This document shows, piece after piece, positions 52,301-62,337 of a stretch of 64,000 bases of DNA; the stretch's first letter is position 1, and the number at the start of each line of letters is the position of its first letter. The notes under the pieces were generated by a model that saw only the letters and a program-made list of their open reading frames with translations, ran no database searches and was not told the DNA's origin. The position numbers and the translations under genes are program-made. Origin of the DNA: an uncultured Spirochaetota bacterium (GTDB lineage: Bacteria; Spirochaetota; Spirochaetia; SZUA-6; CAVTHK01); NCBI GenBank assembly GCA_963734495.1, contig CAVTHK010000010.1, forward strand, positions 64,001-128,000. The letters run 5' to 3'.

Positions 52301-53903
52301 CAGGCTTTCCGCCAACCTGCACGCGCTCGAGCTCCGGTTCCCTCGACTCGCGGCCGCTGTCCGCGGCGCCCGGCCCGCCGGCGACGTGAGGGTCGAGCCC
52401 GCCCGCAGCGGCGACCCGGTGCCCGTCGTGCGCGCGGCCGGGCGCGATTGGTACCTGCATTCGCGCTACGACCCGCGCTCCGAGGGGGCCCGCGCCGCCG
52501 GCGCCGTTCCGCAGCCTTCGTTCGCCGTGGTCTTCGGGCTGGGGGCCGCCTACCACCTCCGCGCCCTCCTGGGGCTGGGCGGCATCAGCGGCACGCTCGT
52601 CGTCGAGAGCGACGTTTCCCACTTGCGCGCCCTCGCCGAGGCCGTGCCGCTCGAAGACGTCCTCGCGGACCCGCGGGTGCGGCTGCTGGTGGGGGCCTCG
52701 CCTCTCGAGGTCGAAGGGGCGCTGCTCGCGGCCTACCAGCCGGTGCTCTGCGGCCCTCTCTCGCAGCTCGCGCTGGAGCCCCGCCTCCGCACGGCGCCGG
52801 ACTATTTCCTGGCCGCGGCCGCAGCGGTGACGCGGGCCTCGCGCCGCAGCGCGGGGGACATGGCCGTGCAGGCGCGCTTCGGGAGGCGCTGGTTCGTCAA
52901 CATCCTGGGAAACCTGCCGCTCATCGGCAGGGGCGCCGTTCTCCCGCCCCCGGCGAGCCTCGCCGTCGTCGTCGCCGCCGGCCCTACCCTGGAGGCGTGC
53001 GCCGGACGCGTCGCTCGCGCGGAGGGCGCAGGCGCGCTGGTGATCGCCACCGATACGGCGCTGCCGGCGCTGTTGCAGCTCGGGATCACCCCCGCGGTCG
53101 TGCTGTCCATCGACTGCCAGGCCGTGAGCTACCGACACTTTTTCGGCGGTCTCCCGCCGGGCGTGTGTCTCGCCCTCGACGCGGGATCCCCTCCTCTGCT
53201 CGGGAGGCTCGTGCCACGGCCGCTCTTCCTCGCCAGCCCTCACCCGCTCGCGGCGCTGGTCGCGCGGACCTTAGCGACGCTTCCGGCCCTCGACACCTCC
53301 GGCGGCAACGTGACCCACGCCGCCGTTGGCCTCGCCTCCCTTCTCGGGGCCCGGGAGGTCGAGATCGTCGGGGCGGACTTCTCGTACCCCGGCGGCAGCC
53401 CCTACGCGCGGGGGACGTACTTCTTCCCCTGGTTCCAGTCGCGCTCGACCCGGCTCGCCCCCGCCGACAGCGCGATCGTCGCGTTCGTTCTCTCCGACGC
53501 CGACGCGCCCGGGACGCGGGACGCGGCGGGAACCCGCTACCGATCGCGCAAGCTCGAGGGCTACCGCGAGAGCCTGCGGGACCGCTACGGCCCGCTCGAG
53601 GAGCCGGAGCCGGGCGTGCTGCGGTGCCGGCCTGCAGGCGCCGCCGTTCAGCAGGAGCGCGGCCTCGCCCCCGCGGCCGGCGGGTGGCGCGCCTGGCTCG
53701 CCGCGTACCTGAAGGCGCTGCGATCGCTCTCGCCGCCCACGGCGCCGGCGACTGCGTTCTGGAGCGCCCTCGGCATCGAGGAGCGAAACCTGTGGACCAC
53801 TCTCCTCCCCGCCGCAGCGGCGATGCCGCCGGGCGATGCCGAGGAGCGCCTCGAGGCCGCGCGGGCATGGTCCTGCCGGCGGATCGCGGAGAGGCTGGCG
53901 TAG
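52290..53903 (+). CDS. Second DUF115/Maf family protein
   Basis: LHSRYDPRSEG, FGLGAAYH, FGRRWFVNILGNL, AAGPTL, IATDTA, SIDCQ, SGGNVTH, IVGADFSY. Confidence 0.8.
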   Translation: MSGDRLSANLHALELRFPRLAAAVRGARPAGDVRVEPARSGDPVPVVRAAGRDWYLHSRYDPRSEGARAAGAVPQPSFAVVFGLGAAYHLRALLGLGGISGTLVVESDVSHLRALAEAVPLEDVLADPRVRLLVGASPLEVEGALLAAYQPVLCGPLSQLALEPRLRTAPDYFLAAAAAVTRASRRSAGDMAVQARFGRRWFVNILGNLPLIGRGAVLPPPASLAVVVAAGPTLEACAGRVARAEGAGALVIATDTALPALLQLGITPAVVLSIDCQAVSYRHFFGGLPPGVCLALDAGSPPLLGRLVPRPLFLASPHPLAALVARTLATLPALDTSGGNVTHAAVGLASLLGAREVEIVGADFSYPGGSPYARGTYFFPWFQSRSTRLAPADSAIVAFVLSDADAPGTRDAAGTRYRSRKLEGYRESLRDRYGPLEEPEPGVLRCRPAGAAVQQERGLAPAAGGWRAWLAAYLKALRSLSPPTAPATAFWSALGIEERNLWTTLLPAAAAMPPGDAEERLEAARAWSCRRIAERLA

Positions 53904-53923
53904 AAGGTCGCGGACAGGGGCGT

Positions 53924-54331
53924 TCAGGGCCGGCGGGCGCGTGTCACCCTTCGGAACAGACCGCCGAGACGCCGGACCAGCCGCGCCGCGGGTCCCGGGT
54001 TCAGCTTCCGCTCGAGCCGCGAGAAGCCGCCGGCCATCTCGTCGGTCGTCAGCGCGAGGCGCTGCACGTTCTCCTCGAGCTCGAGCTCCATCCTCTCGGC
54101 GGCCGAAAGCCGCCCGGTGACGCGCGCGGCGATCGTGTCCCAGCCGAGCTGCCGGGCCGCCTCGAGGCGGCGCCGCCCCGCGATCAGCTCGAAGTCTTCG
54201 CTCACCACGATCGGGCTGATCTGCCCGTACCTGCGCAGGCTCGAGACGAGCGCCGTGAGGTCGCCGCAGTCCCGGCGGACCCGCCGCCGCACCCGTACCT
54301 TGTCGAGCGGTATCCTCCGGAAGTCGTCCAT
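53924..54331 (-). CDS. Stand-alone ParB N-terminal (ParB/Srx, CTPase-fold) domain protein
   Basis: LVSSLRRYGQISPIVV, LIAGRRRLEA, EENVQR; no HTH or dimerisation domain. Confidence 0.82.
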   Translation of the reverse strand: MDDFRRIPLDKVRVRRRVRRDCGDLTALVSSLRRYGQISPIVVSEDFELIAGRRRLEAARQLGWDTIAARVTGRLSAAERMELELEENVQRLALTTDEMAGGFSRLERKLNPGPAARLVRRLGGLFRRVTRARRP

Positions 54332-54343
54332 CGTGCGGCGGCG

Positions 54344-56824
54344 CTACTCGAGGAGGGGGTTCTTCGTGTCCGACGCGGTGCCGCGGCGCGACGGCTGGTC
54401 GAACACGTTCGGCTGCTCGGCGGCGCCGCTCGCCGGCACGTCGAAGCTCATCTGGAAGAGCGAGCTCCGCAGGTTCTCCACGATGTCGCGCCGCATGTCC
54501 TGCTCCTTCTTCGGAAGGTCCGAGAACGTGCGGGGCTCGGTGCCCGCGAGGAACACTTCCTCCCTGACCTTCTCGCCCGGGGTCGGCAGCATCCCCGTCG
54601 CCTGGCTCACGGTCACCCGCGCGACGCCGTCGAGGGGAGGCGCAAAGTCCTGCTTGGGCAGGCCCCCCTGCGCGCGCTTCATGAACTCGGCCCACACGGG
54701 GCCGGCCGCCGTGGCGCCCGTGACGTCCAGGCCCAGCGAGTTGCCGGGGGTGTCGAAGCCGAACCAGATCGCCGTCGTGATGCGCGGGGTGAAACCGATC
54801 GTCCAGGCATCGGACCAGTTCTGAGTCGTGCCGGTCTTGCCGGCGATCGGGATGTCGTCGAACCCGCCGACCTTCCAAGAGGCGTACGCCAGCGTCCCCC
54901 AGCGCACCGTGTCCCGCAGGATGTCCGTCATGACGTAGGCCGTCTGCGGCGACATGATCTGCGCCTCGGGGCGCCTCATCCGCGCCAGGGCCTCGCGCTC
55001 GGGTTCCAGTATGGTCTTGCCATCCCTGTCCTGCACGTAGCGGATGGCGATCGGCTCGATCCCGCGTCCCTGGTTCGCGAAGGTCGCGAAGGCCCGAGCC
55101 ATCTCCAGCGGCGACACCGAGCAGACGCCGAGCCCCAGCGGGTACTTGCGGGGGAAGTCGGCCTCGATCTCGGCCCGGTCCGTCACCCCGAGCATCCGGG
55201 ACGCCCGTTCGATGGCCGCGTCGAACCCGACCGCCTCGAGAACCTTGAGCGAGGGGACGTTCATGGACTTGGCCAGGGCCTCGCGGACGGACACCCTTCC
55301 CTGCCATTCCCCTCTGAAGTTCAGCGGCACGTAAGGAGTGCCGTCGTCGTTCCAGAACACCGAAGGCCGGTCCATGATCATGGTCGCCGGGGTGACCTTG
55401 CGCTGCTCGATCGCGGCCGAGTAGTACAGCGGCTTGAACGACGAGCCCGGCTGCAGCCCGCCCTGCACGGCGCGGTTGAACTGGTTGGTGCTCGAGAACC
55501 GCGATCCGCCGACGACGGCGTACATGTACCCCGTGCGCGAGTCGAGGCAGACGAGGGCGCCCTCGACGATGTTCTTCTGCTCCTGGCGATGCAGCTGCTC
55601 GGCGGAGATCTGGGCGGGCTTCTTGAGCTCCTGGATGTCGAACATCGTCGAGACCAGGTCCATCACCGGCCCCATCTCCGTGTTGAAGATCCGCTCGGTC
55701 TCGCTCCGCTGGCGGCTGCCGGCGGCCTTGACGTCGCCCAGATCGAAGACCGACGCCAGCATCTCCACGAGCGGAACAAAGGTCGCGTCGCCGTGCCGCG
55801 CCCGGGTGTCGGTCTGCTCCCGGTACAGGTCGTTGACCTTCTTGATCCCGGTGTCCATCACCTCGTCGGCGATCTTCTGATAGTCGAGGTCCAGGGTGGT
55901 GTAGACCTTGAGCCCGCTGCGGTAGATGTCCTGGGAGCCGAGGAGCATGTCCTCGAGCTGGACGCGGACGTACTCGCTGAACCAGGGCGCCTTGTCCTCG
56001 CGCTCCGAGAACGCGCCGTAGCTCGCGTACCGGGTAAAGTCGTAGCTGTTCCAGTACTCCTCGAACGACACGTCCGCCGCTTCGCGGGTCGTGTAGCCGA
56101 GGCGCACCATCTCGTCCAGGATCTGTTTCTGCCGCTCCCTCGCCGTCTCGGGGTTCTTGAGCGGCGAGTAGCGGGTGTGGCTCGCCAGCACGTTGACCAG
56201 GAGCACGGCCTCGGCCAGGCTGATGTCCCTCACCGACTTGCGGAAGTAGTACTGCGAGGCCGCCTCGACGCCGTTCGTGCCTCCGCCGAACGGCATCTCG
56301 TTGAGGTAGAACTCGAGGATCTCGTCTTTCGCGTAGCGCATCTCGAGCAGCTTCGCGTACCAGAACTCCTTGAGCTTGCGCCGGATCGTGTACTGGCGGC
56401 GGTCGGCGAACTTGTTGCCGGCGACCTGGATCGTGAGCGTGCTGCCGCCGCCGCGGAAGGCGCCGGTAAAGTAGCCCAGGGCGGCGCTGAGGATCCTCTT
56501 CGAGTCCAGCCCGTGATGGTGGTAGAAGTTGTGGTCCTCGCGGGTCAGGACGGCGTTGATCAGGTTGCGGGGCACCTCGTCGAGCGACACGATCTCCCGC
56601 TTCTCGTCGGAGAAGAACTCGGTGATCAGGCGTCCCTTGATGTCGAAGAGCTGCGTGGGAAGCGCCGACAGGGTGACGTCGAGCTCTTCCTGGGTGTCGA
56701 AATTCCGGATGCCGGCGAGCGTCGACCCGAGGGCCACGCCGATCAGGAGTGCCGCTCCGTAGGCTCCTCCGATCAGCAAGGGCAACCGGCGTTTCGACGA
56801 CGTCAGGTGGCGCAGAAAGCGCAT
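54344..56824 (-). CDS. Class A penicillin-binding protein (PBP1A family)
   Basis: EDHNFYHH, GGSTLTIQ, RKLKE, ILEFYLN; QPGSSFKP (SxxK), SMN, KTGT. Confidence 0.92.
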   Translation of the reverse strand: MRFLRHLTSSKRRLPLLIGGAYGAALLIGVALGSTLAGIRNFDTQEELDVTLSALPTQLFDIKGRLITEFFSDEKREIVSLDEVPRNLINAVLTREDHNFYHHHGLDSKRILSAALGYFTGAFRGGGSTLTIQVAGNKFADRRQYTIRRKLKEFWYAKLLEMRYAKDEILEFYLNEMPFGGGTNGVEAASQYYFRKSVRDISLAEAVLLVNVLASHTRYSPLKNPETARERQKQILDEMVRLGYTTREAADVSFEEYWNSYDFTRYASYGAFSEREDKAPWFSEYVRVQLEDMLLGSQDIYRSGLKVYTTLDLDYQKIADEVMDTGIKKVNDLYREQTDTRARHGDATFVPLVEMLASVFDLGDVKAAGSRQRSETERIFNTEMGPVMDLVSTMFDIQELKKPAQISAEQLHRQEQKNIVEGALVCLDSRTGYMYAVVGGSRFSSTNQFNRAVQGGLQPGSSFKPLYYSAAIEQRKVTPATMIMDRPSVFWNDDGTPYVPLNFRGEWQGRVSVREALAKSMNVPSLKVLEAVGFDAAIERASRMLGVTDRAEIEADFPRKYPLGLGVCSVSPLEMARAFATFANQGRGIEPIAIRYVQDRDGKTILEPEREALARMRRPEAQIMSPQTAYVMTDILRDTVRWGTLAYASWKVGGFDDIPIAGKTGTTQNWSDAWTIGFTPRITTAIWFGFDTPGNSLGLDVTGATAAGPVWAEFMKRAQGGLPKQDFAPPLDGVARVTVSQATGMLPTPGEKVREEVFLAGTEPRTFSDLPKKEQDMRRDIVENLRSSLFQMSFDVPASGAAEQPNVFDQPSRRGTASDTKNPLLE

Positions 56825-56830
56825 GGATGG

Positions 56831-56860
56831 AGTGTATTTAGACCTCACCGGCCTTGTCAA
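56831..56860 (-). promoter_or_regulatory. sigma70 promoter of PBP1A (probably leaderless)
   Basis: TTGACA-N18-TACACT ending about 7 nt before the ATG at 56824. Confidence 0.6.
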
Positions 56861-56982
56861 CGATCATGGGTCGCCCCGTCGCGCCGGGGCGCGGCGCCCC
56901 CCCGGCGGCAGCCTTCATCCGGCGGGTGGGCGGTCGAGCTCGCCGTCGTCGGCCGGGCGGTGCCGCCCGCGCGTTCCGGGGC

Positions 56983-57012
56983 AAAAAAAAGGCCGACTGC
57001 TTCCAGTCGGCC
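56983..57012 (-). terminator. Rho-independent terminator
   Basis: GGCCGACTG-GAAG-CAGTCGGCC (9-bp stem) followed by 8 T on the minus strand. Confidence 0.88.
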
Positions 57013-57072
57013 CGCTCTTGGAACTGTCGGCTAATATAGTAAACTGGGAGGGGAACTATACTTCGCCGACAT
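56983..57072 (-). ncRNA. Candidate sigma28-dependent small RNA (~90 nt) with C-rich loop
   Basis: Own promoter, long 5' hairpin with loop UCCCCUCCCAGUUU, 3' intrinsic terminator, no ORF; locally AT-richer than the flanks. Confidence 0.65.
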
Positions 57073-57077
57073 TACCA

Positions 57078-57105
57078 TTATCGACCCCTGGCCCGGAAGG
57101 CTTTA
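57078..57105 (-). promoter_or_regulatory. sigma28(FliA)-type promoter
   Basis: TAAA-N16-GTCGATAA versus consensus TAAA-N15/16-GCCGATAA. Confidence 0.7.
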
Positions 57106-57107
57106 TA

Positions 57108-58089
57108 CTATTCTTCCTTTATCACCAGATCCAGCGCAAGAGAAACGTGATAGTTGTGGCCCTTCCGAACCTCGATTTTCCTGCTTACGTTCGTCTCTCC
57201 CAGCTTAAATCTAATCGTGTGTATACCCTCTGTCAACTGTCGCCTTTCGCCCGGAGCGAGCTCCACGCGCTCGCCGTCCAGGTAGACGACGGCCCCCGCG
57301 ACGGAGTCCACCGACAGGAATGAGGCGACCGGCGAGAGGGCTATCTCCAGCCGCGTCGTCTGGCCTGGCCCCACGGCGAAGGACGCCGTCTCTTTCTGGA
57401 ACGCGTCCGAGACCACCTCGAGCTGGTGCACGCCGGCCTCTACCTCGAGCGGGACCTTCCCCGGCTCGACGGATGCCGAATCCAGCAGAACCTTGACCGG
57501 CTCCTGCCGGAACCCCTCCGGGCCGGGTGATCCTGATGTCGACGAGGCCCCGATTTGCGATTTCGGCCTTGAAGGTCACGAAAAACGGCCTGTCGAGAAT
57601 GGAGTCCGGGATGCCTTTCATGATGGGCTGGATCACGAGAATCACGGGAAAGCGCTGCGGAGGCACGGTCTCCGCCACCAGGACCGGCTCCGGCCCCTTC
57701 TCGGCCGCGGGGCTTCCCCCGGCCACGGGAATGCGCACGAACGCGCGCGTCGCGGGCGGGAGCGCTTGAAAAAGGACGCGGCGGCCGGTAAAGACGCGCT
57801 CGCCCTTCGTCGGGGCGGGGCTCACGTCCGAGTAGAGCGCGACCGCAAAACTATCCGCGAACCGGCGCAGGGCGTCCGAGATCACCACTTCCGCGACGAC
57901 GGCGCGGAAGAAGCGCGCATCCGCCGGCAGGCCGACGGCGGCGAGCTCGTCGGGCTTGAGGCTGATGCTGGGCTGCAGGTCGGCCCGGGGCTCCAGCGCC
58001 ACCAGGGTCGTCGAGGCGCCCCTGATCGTTTCGGCGGCGATGGCCGCGCCCAGGACCGGAAGCAGCAGGAGGCCGAATATCGCTTTCAT
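57108..58089 (-). CDS. Secreted PEGA-like domain protein, frameshift near 57500
   Basis: Signal peptide; GVHQLEVVSDAFQ, AGAVVYLDG, GIHTIRF. Confidence 0.6.
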
Positions 58090-58992
58090 CGCTGGTCGAT
58101 CCGGATCAGCGGGAGCGGGTCCCGCAGCGATCCCTTTCTGCGGATCTCGAAATGCAGGTGCGGACCGGTCGACCGACCGGTTGTCCCGACCTTGCCGATC
58201 ATCATACCCGAATGGACCTCCTGGTTCAAGGAAACCAGGGCTTCGCTGAGGTGGCCGTACACCGTCTCGTACCCTCCCTGATGGGACAGCCTGATGAAGG
58301 TACCCAGCACCGGGTCCTGGCCGACCTCGGCTACCGTCCCGTCACGCGCCGCCACCACGGTCGTCCCTTCCGGGGCCGCGATGTCGATGCCGTCGTGGAA
58401 CTGCGGGTGGCCCGTGAAGGGGCTCGCTCTCGTCCCGTAGAGCGACGTGAGGCGCCCGCGGGCGCCCAGCGGGAAGCGGAACAGGATCCTCAGGAAGAAG
58501 GCCCTCTCGACGGGGTTGAAGCGCTCGCCCGGGAAGAACGTGAGGCGCCGCTCGCCCGAAGCCCCGCGCACGGTGACCCCGATGCCCCCGCTCCTCCGCG
58601 CCGACCGTCGAGGAAACCAGCACGTCCTCGAAATCGTTGGCCGGCTCTTCGGGAACGAAGAGCCCGGGCATGTTCGGAAGAACGAGCGAGGAGCGCTCGT
58701 CGAGGTCCTCGGGATTCGTCAGGCCGTTGGCCGTGGCGACCGCATCGTAAGGGAGGCTCAGCCGCGCGGCGAGGGAGAACAGATCCTCGCGGGAGCGGTC
58801 GTAGGAGAACAGCGTGAGCGGAGGCCGCAGCCTCGCGTCCCCTCTGGCGGCGGCAAGCTGGTACGCTTCGACGTCCTGCTCGAGCTGCCGGAACGTCGGA
58901 TCGCGGGAATCCAGCCTCGCGATCCGCGGGTAGTCCGCGGCCGCGATGCCGCAGGCGGCGGCCGCCACGAGGAGCACGGCCGCGGCTTTCAC
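58086..58992 (-). CDS. M23 family peptidase with LysM-like region, frameshift near 58590
   Basis: DLFSLAARL...TANGL; FHDGIDIA (HxxxD), YGHL, TGRSTGPHLHFE. Confidence 0.85.
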
Positions 58993-59394
58993 CGCGCCCA
59001 CAGGCCCACCGCGAGCAGCAGGGCGGCCGCGGCCGCGGCGCCCAGGGCAGGCCGCGCCGACGCGAACGCCCAGAGCCCCGCGTACAGCAGCCCGAGCACG
59101 AGCGCGGCGCGGCCGGTCCGCAGCAGGAAGGGCAGCAGCGCCCCCCGCAGGCCGCGCGCACCGCGCCCCGCCCCGGCGGCGAGGCGTCGCACCGCCCAGG
59201 ACCGCGAGGCCCGCGGCGAGGCAGCCGATGACGGCCGCGTTGAACACTGTGCGGTGCGCCGTGGCGAGGTACCAGAACGGCAGGACGACGACCATGCTTG
59301 CCGCGGCCGAAACGGCGAGTACCGCGAGCAGGAGCCCCAGCCTTCGTGCGAGGGACGCGTAGGCCCGCCCCAGGCGCCTCGCGAGTCCGCTCAA
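58989..59394 (-). CDS. Small membrane protein, frameshifted
   Basis: Hydrophobic segments across two frames; GTGA-type overlaps with both neighbours. Confidence 0.5.
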
Positions 59395-60333
59395 CGGGAT
59401 GGCTCACCCTCCTGCAGCGTGTCGCGATACCCGCGGGCGACGTCGGCGCGTCCGAGCCGCTCCGCCGTCTCCGCTGCCAGCCGCGCTGCATCCTGCAGGC
59501 CGGCGCGCACGTCGGCCCTCGGCTCGACCGCGGCGAGCGACCGGTACACGAGCACCGCGCGCCCGAAGTAATCGAGCGCCTTCTCCGAGTCGCCCGCCCG
59601 CGCGGCGAGCCGCCCCAGCGCGACGTAGTCGTTCGCGATCCCCCGGCTGTTCTCGACCTTCCGGTCGCTCGCCAGCGCTTCGCGGGCCAGATCCTCGGCC
59701 CGGGCGTACTGCCCGCGCTCGCTCTCCACGCTGGCCAGCATGTAGTAGTTGGACGCCGCCTCGCTCCAGACCTTCTCGCGGACGTTGATCGCGAGGGCCT
59801 CGCGGAAGAGCGCTTCGGCTTCCGGGCTGCGGCCCAGCCTGCGCAGCGCCGAGCCCTGGTTGTGGAGCATGACGGCGCGGTCGGTCGTCGGCCAGCCCGC
59901 GGCCGGCGAGCGCCTTGACGAAGAGCTCGAGCGACGCCGCGAACTCCCCGCGGGCGAACGCCGCCTCGCCGAGATTGTTCTGGGCCTTGGCCACGAGCGC
60001 GGCGTCGCCCAGATCCTCGCCGATGCGCAGCGCTTCGGTGAACTGGCGCGTCGCCTCGTCGTTCGCGCCCCGGGCGAGGGCCACTTTCCCGAGCGAGTTG
60101 TACGTTTCAGCGAGCCCCGCCCGGTTGTCGGCGGCGGCGTTGTACGCGAGCGCCATCGTGAAGAATCGCCGGGCCTGGTCGAGGTCGCCCTTGCGATAGT
60201 AGTCGTTTCCGAACCGCGCGAGCTCCGCGGCCCTGTTCTTCTGCTCGAAGACCTGGTCCTGGTTCTTCGGCGCCGACGAGCAGGAGACCACGGCGGCGGC
60301 GAGCGCCGCGAGCAGGCAGGCGCGAGGCTTCAC
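59391..60333 (-). CDS. TPR-repeat lipoprotein, frameshift near 59880
   Basis: Spirochaetal-type lipobox VVS/CSSAPK; TPR motifs YNSLGKV, QNNLGEA, HNQGSAL. Confidence 0.78.
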
Positions 60334-61457
60334 TAAAAGGACCCGTCCCTGCTGCTGCTGAACGTGGGCGGCTGGCTCTTCTGCACCGTGATCCCGCCGC
60401 GCAGGAGGGGGTTGTTCTCGAGACCCTGCAGCACGTTCTCCGTGTGACCCGAGGATCGTCGAGAATCTGCGGAGTGCTGTCGGACACGAATCGCGTGACG
60501 CTCTCGAGCTCCGCGACGATCGCCCCCAGGCTCTTGATCATGGCGAGCACCTCGTCGTAGACGGCGTTGTTGTCGTCGAGGAAGCTCTTGAGGGAGCCCT
60601 TGGGGTCGATCAGCCTCGGGACGAGCCCGGTCGGGTCGGCGGTGATCGACTCGATGTTCCTGGCGAGCTTCTGCAGGTCCTCCATGAGGAGCGAGGCCTG
60701 CGTCGCCGTGCGGTCGATCGTGCGCGCGAGGACGTCCGTCGACGTCTTCACGTTGCCGAGGATGGCCCCCGCCGGGCCCGGTGTCCCTGCCGGTCGCGAT
60801 GCGGTCGAGCGAGGTCACCAGGCTGTCGACGTCGGCCAGGAGGGCGCCGAGCTGCGTCTCCTTGTCGCCCCTGACCGCGTCCTCGAGAGCCAGGGTCAGC
60901 TCCTGCACGTTGTAGAGGACGCCGTTGAGGGACTCCAGGACGGGCCCCGCGTTCGCTATCAGCGCGCCGATGGAGTCGTCGCCTCCCTCGCGGTCGACGA
61001 GGCCCCTTCGCACGAGATCCTTCCCCTCTTTCGTGTCGAGAGAGACGATGTAGGAGCCCTGCGGCCAGCGGCGGCTTGGGCGGGTCCTGCGCCTTTCCCG
61101 GGTGGAAGAACAGGCCGCCGCCGAGGCCGATCGGGCTGGTCGCGTGCTCGACGACGGAGTTCTCGAGCACGACGCTCCTGTAGTAGCGCTCGAAGATGCG
61201 GAAGTCGACGCGGACCTCCCTCTTGTCCGCCACGAACGTGACGCGCTCGACCCTCCCGACCTCGAAGCCCTTGAGCGTGACGGGCATCCCGGCTTCCAGG
61301 CCCGCTACCCGCTGGCGAAGAGGGTGTAGAAGTTGTAGCCCCTCTGGAACCACCGCTGGTTGGCGCCGACGAAGACGATGGCGACGGCGAGACCCGCGAG
61401 GCTGAGAAGGATAAAAAGACCCACGATCTGGTTGAGGAACTTCATCCTCAGTCTCAT
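60333..61457 (-). CDS. mlaD: MlaD/Mce family protein, several frameshifts
   Basis: NQIVGLFIL, GLEAGMPVTLKGFEVGRV, long helical region, LENNPLLRGG. Confidence 0.8.
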
Positions 61458-61465
61458 AGACCACC

Positions 61466-61495
61466 ATTCTAGGCGCCGCCTTTTCGGCCTGTCAA
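61466..61495 (-). promoter_or_regulatory. Internal sigma70 promoter before mlaD
   Basis: TTGACA-N18-TAGAAT about 9 nt before the ATG. Confidence 0.55.
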
Positions 61496-61523
61496 CGAAC
61501 GCGAGGGGCCGCGCGCCCGGCTC

Positions 61524-62328
61524 TCACCCTTCCTCCATCGACCAGGGCCGCTCGTTCAGGAGGTCCAGCAACTCGGTGTCGTAGGCGGCGGCCTCGCCCA
61601 TGACGTCCGCCAGCACGCTCTGGGTCACGGGGTTCCGGCTCGAGCGGACCCTGGTGAACTCGCCCGCCTCGACGAGCTCGCCCTGCCGCAGGATCACGAG
61701 GTAGTCGGCGAGCCACGAGGTCAGCTTGGGGTCGTGGGTGACCGTGATCAGGGTACGTCCCTCGGCCTTGAGCTCACGGATCATGTCGAGGATGACGCCG
61801 CCCGCTTCGCGGTCCACCGAGAGGGAAGGCTCGTCCATGAACACGATCGTCGGATTCATGATCACCGCCCTGCAGAATGAGATGACCTTGCGCTCTCCGG
61901 CGGAGAGCTGCGCCGGCCGCAGGGCGGCCTGATCTTCCAGGGACGTCCTCCGCAGCAGCCGCATCACCCGCTCCTCGATCTGCTTGTCGGTCAGATCGAA
62001 GTGGTACTCGAGCGGGAAGGCGACGTTCTGGTAGGCGGTGCGGTTTTCCCACAGAGCCGCGTCCTGGAAGACGAACCCGCTGCCCTTTCGGATGCTCGCT
62101 GAGCTGCCGGTCGCTCACCTGGTTGATGTCGGTGCCGTCGACGAGGACCGAGCCCCTGTCCGGCGGCATGATGCCTGCCGCCGCTTTCAGGAGCGTGCTC
62201 TTGCCGCACCCGGAGGGCCCCATGATGATGGTGCTCTGCCCCCTGGGAAAGGTCACGGAGATGTCCTTGAGGATCTCGTACCCTTCGGAGCTGAGCCGCA
62301 CGTTCCTGAGCTCGACCGCCGATTCCAT
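61524..62328 (-). CDS. mlaF: ABC transporter ATP-binding protein (MlaF-like), frameshift near 62090
   Basis: GPSGCGKST, FVFQDAAL, LSAGERK, FMDEP, VTHD. Confidence 0.82.
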
Positions 62329-62337
62329 CTCCGCGAC

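Noticed and set aside
56865-56980. GC-rich short inverted repeats between the terminator and the PBP1A promoter
   Set aside because: Expected by chance at this GC content; no second copy or recognisable motif noticed
52448-57034. 1528-aa plus-strand ORF
   Set aside because: Shadow ORF: off-frame to the second Maf gene and antisense to parB-N/PBP1A; typical high-GC artefact with no motifs
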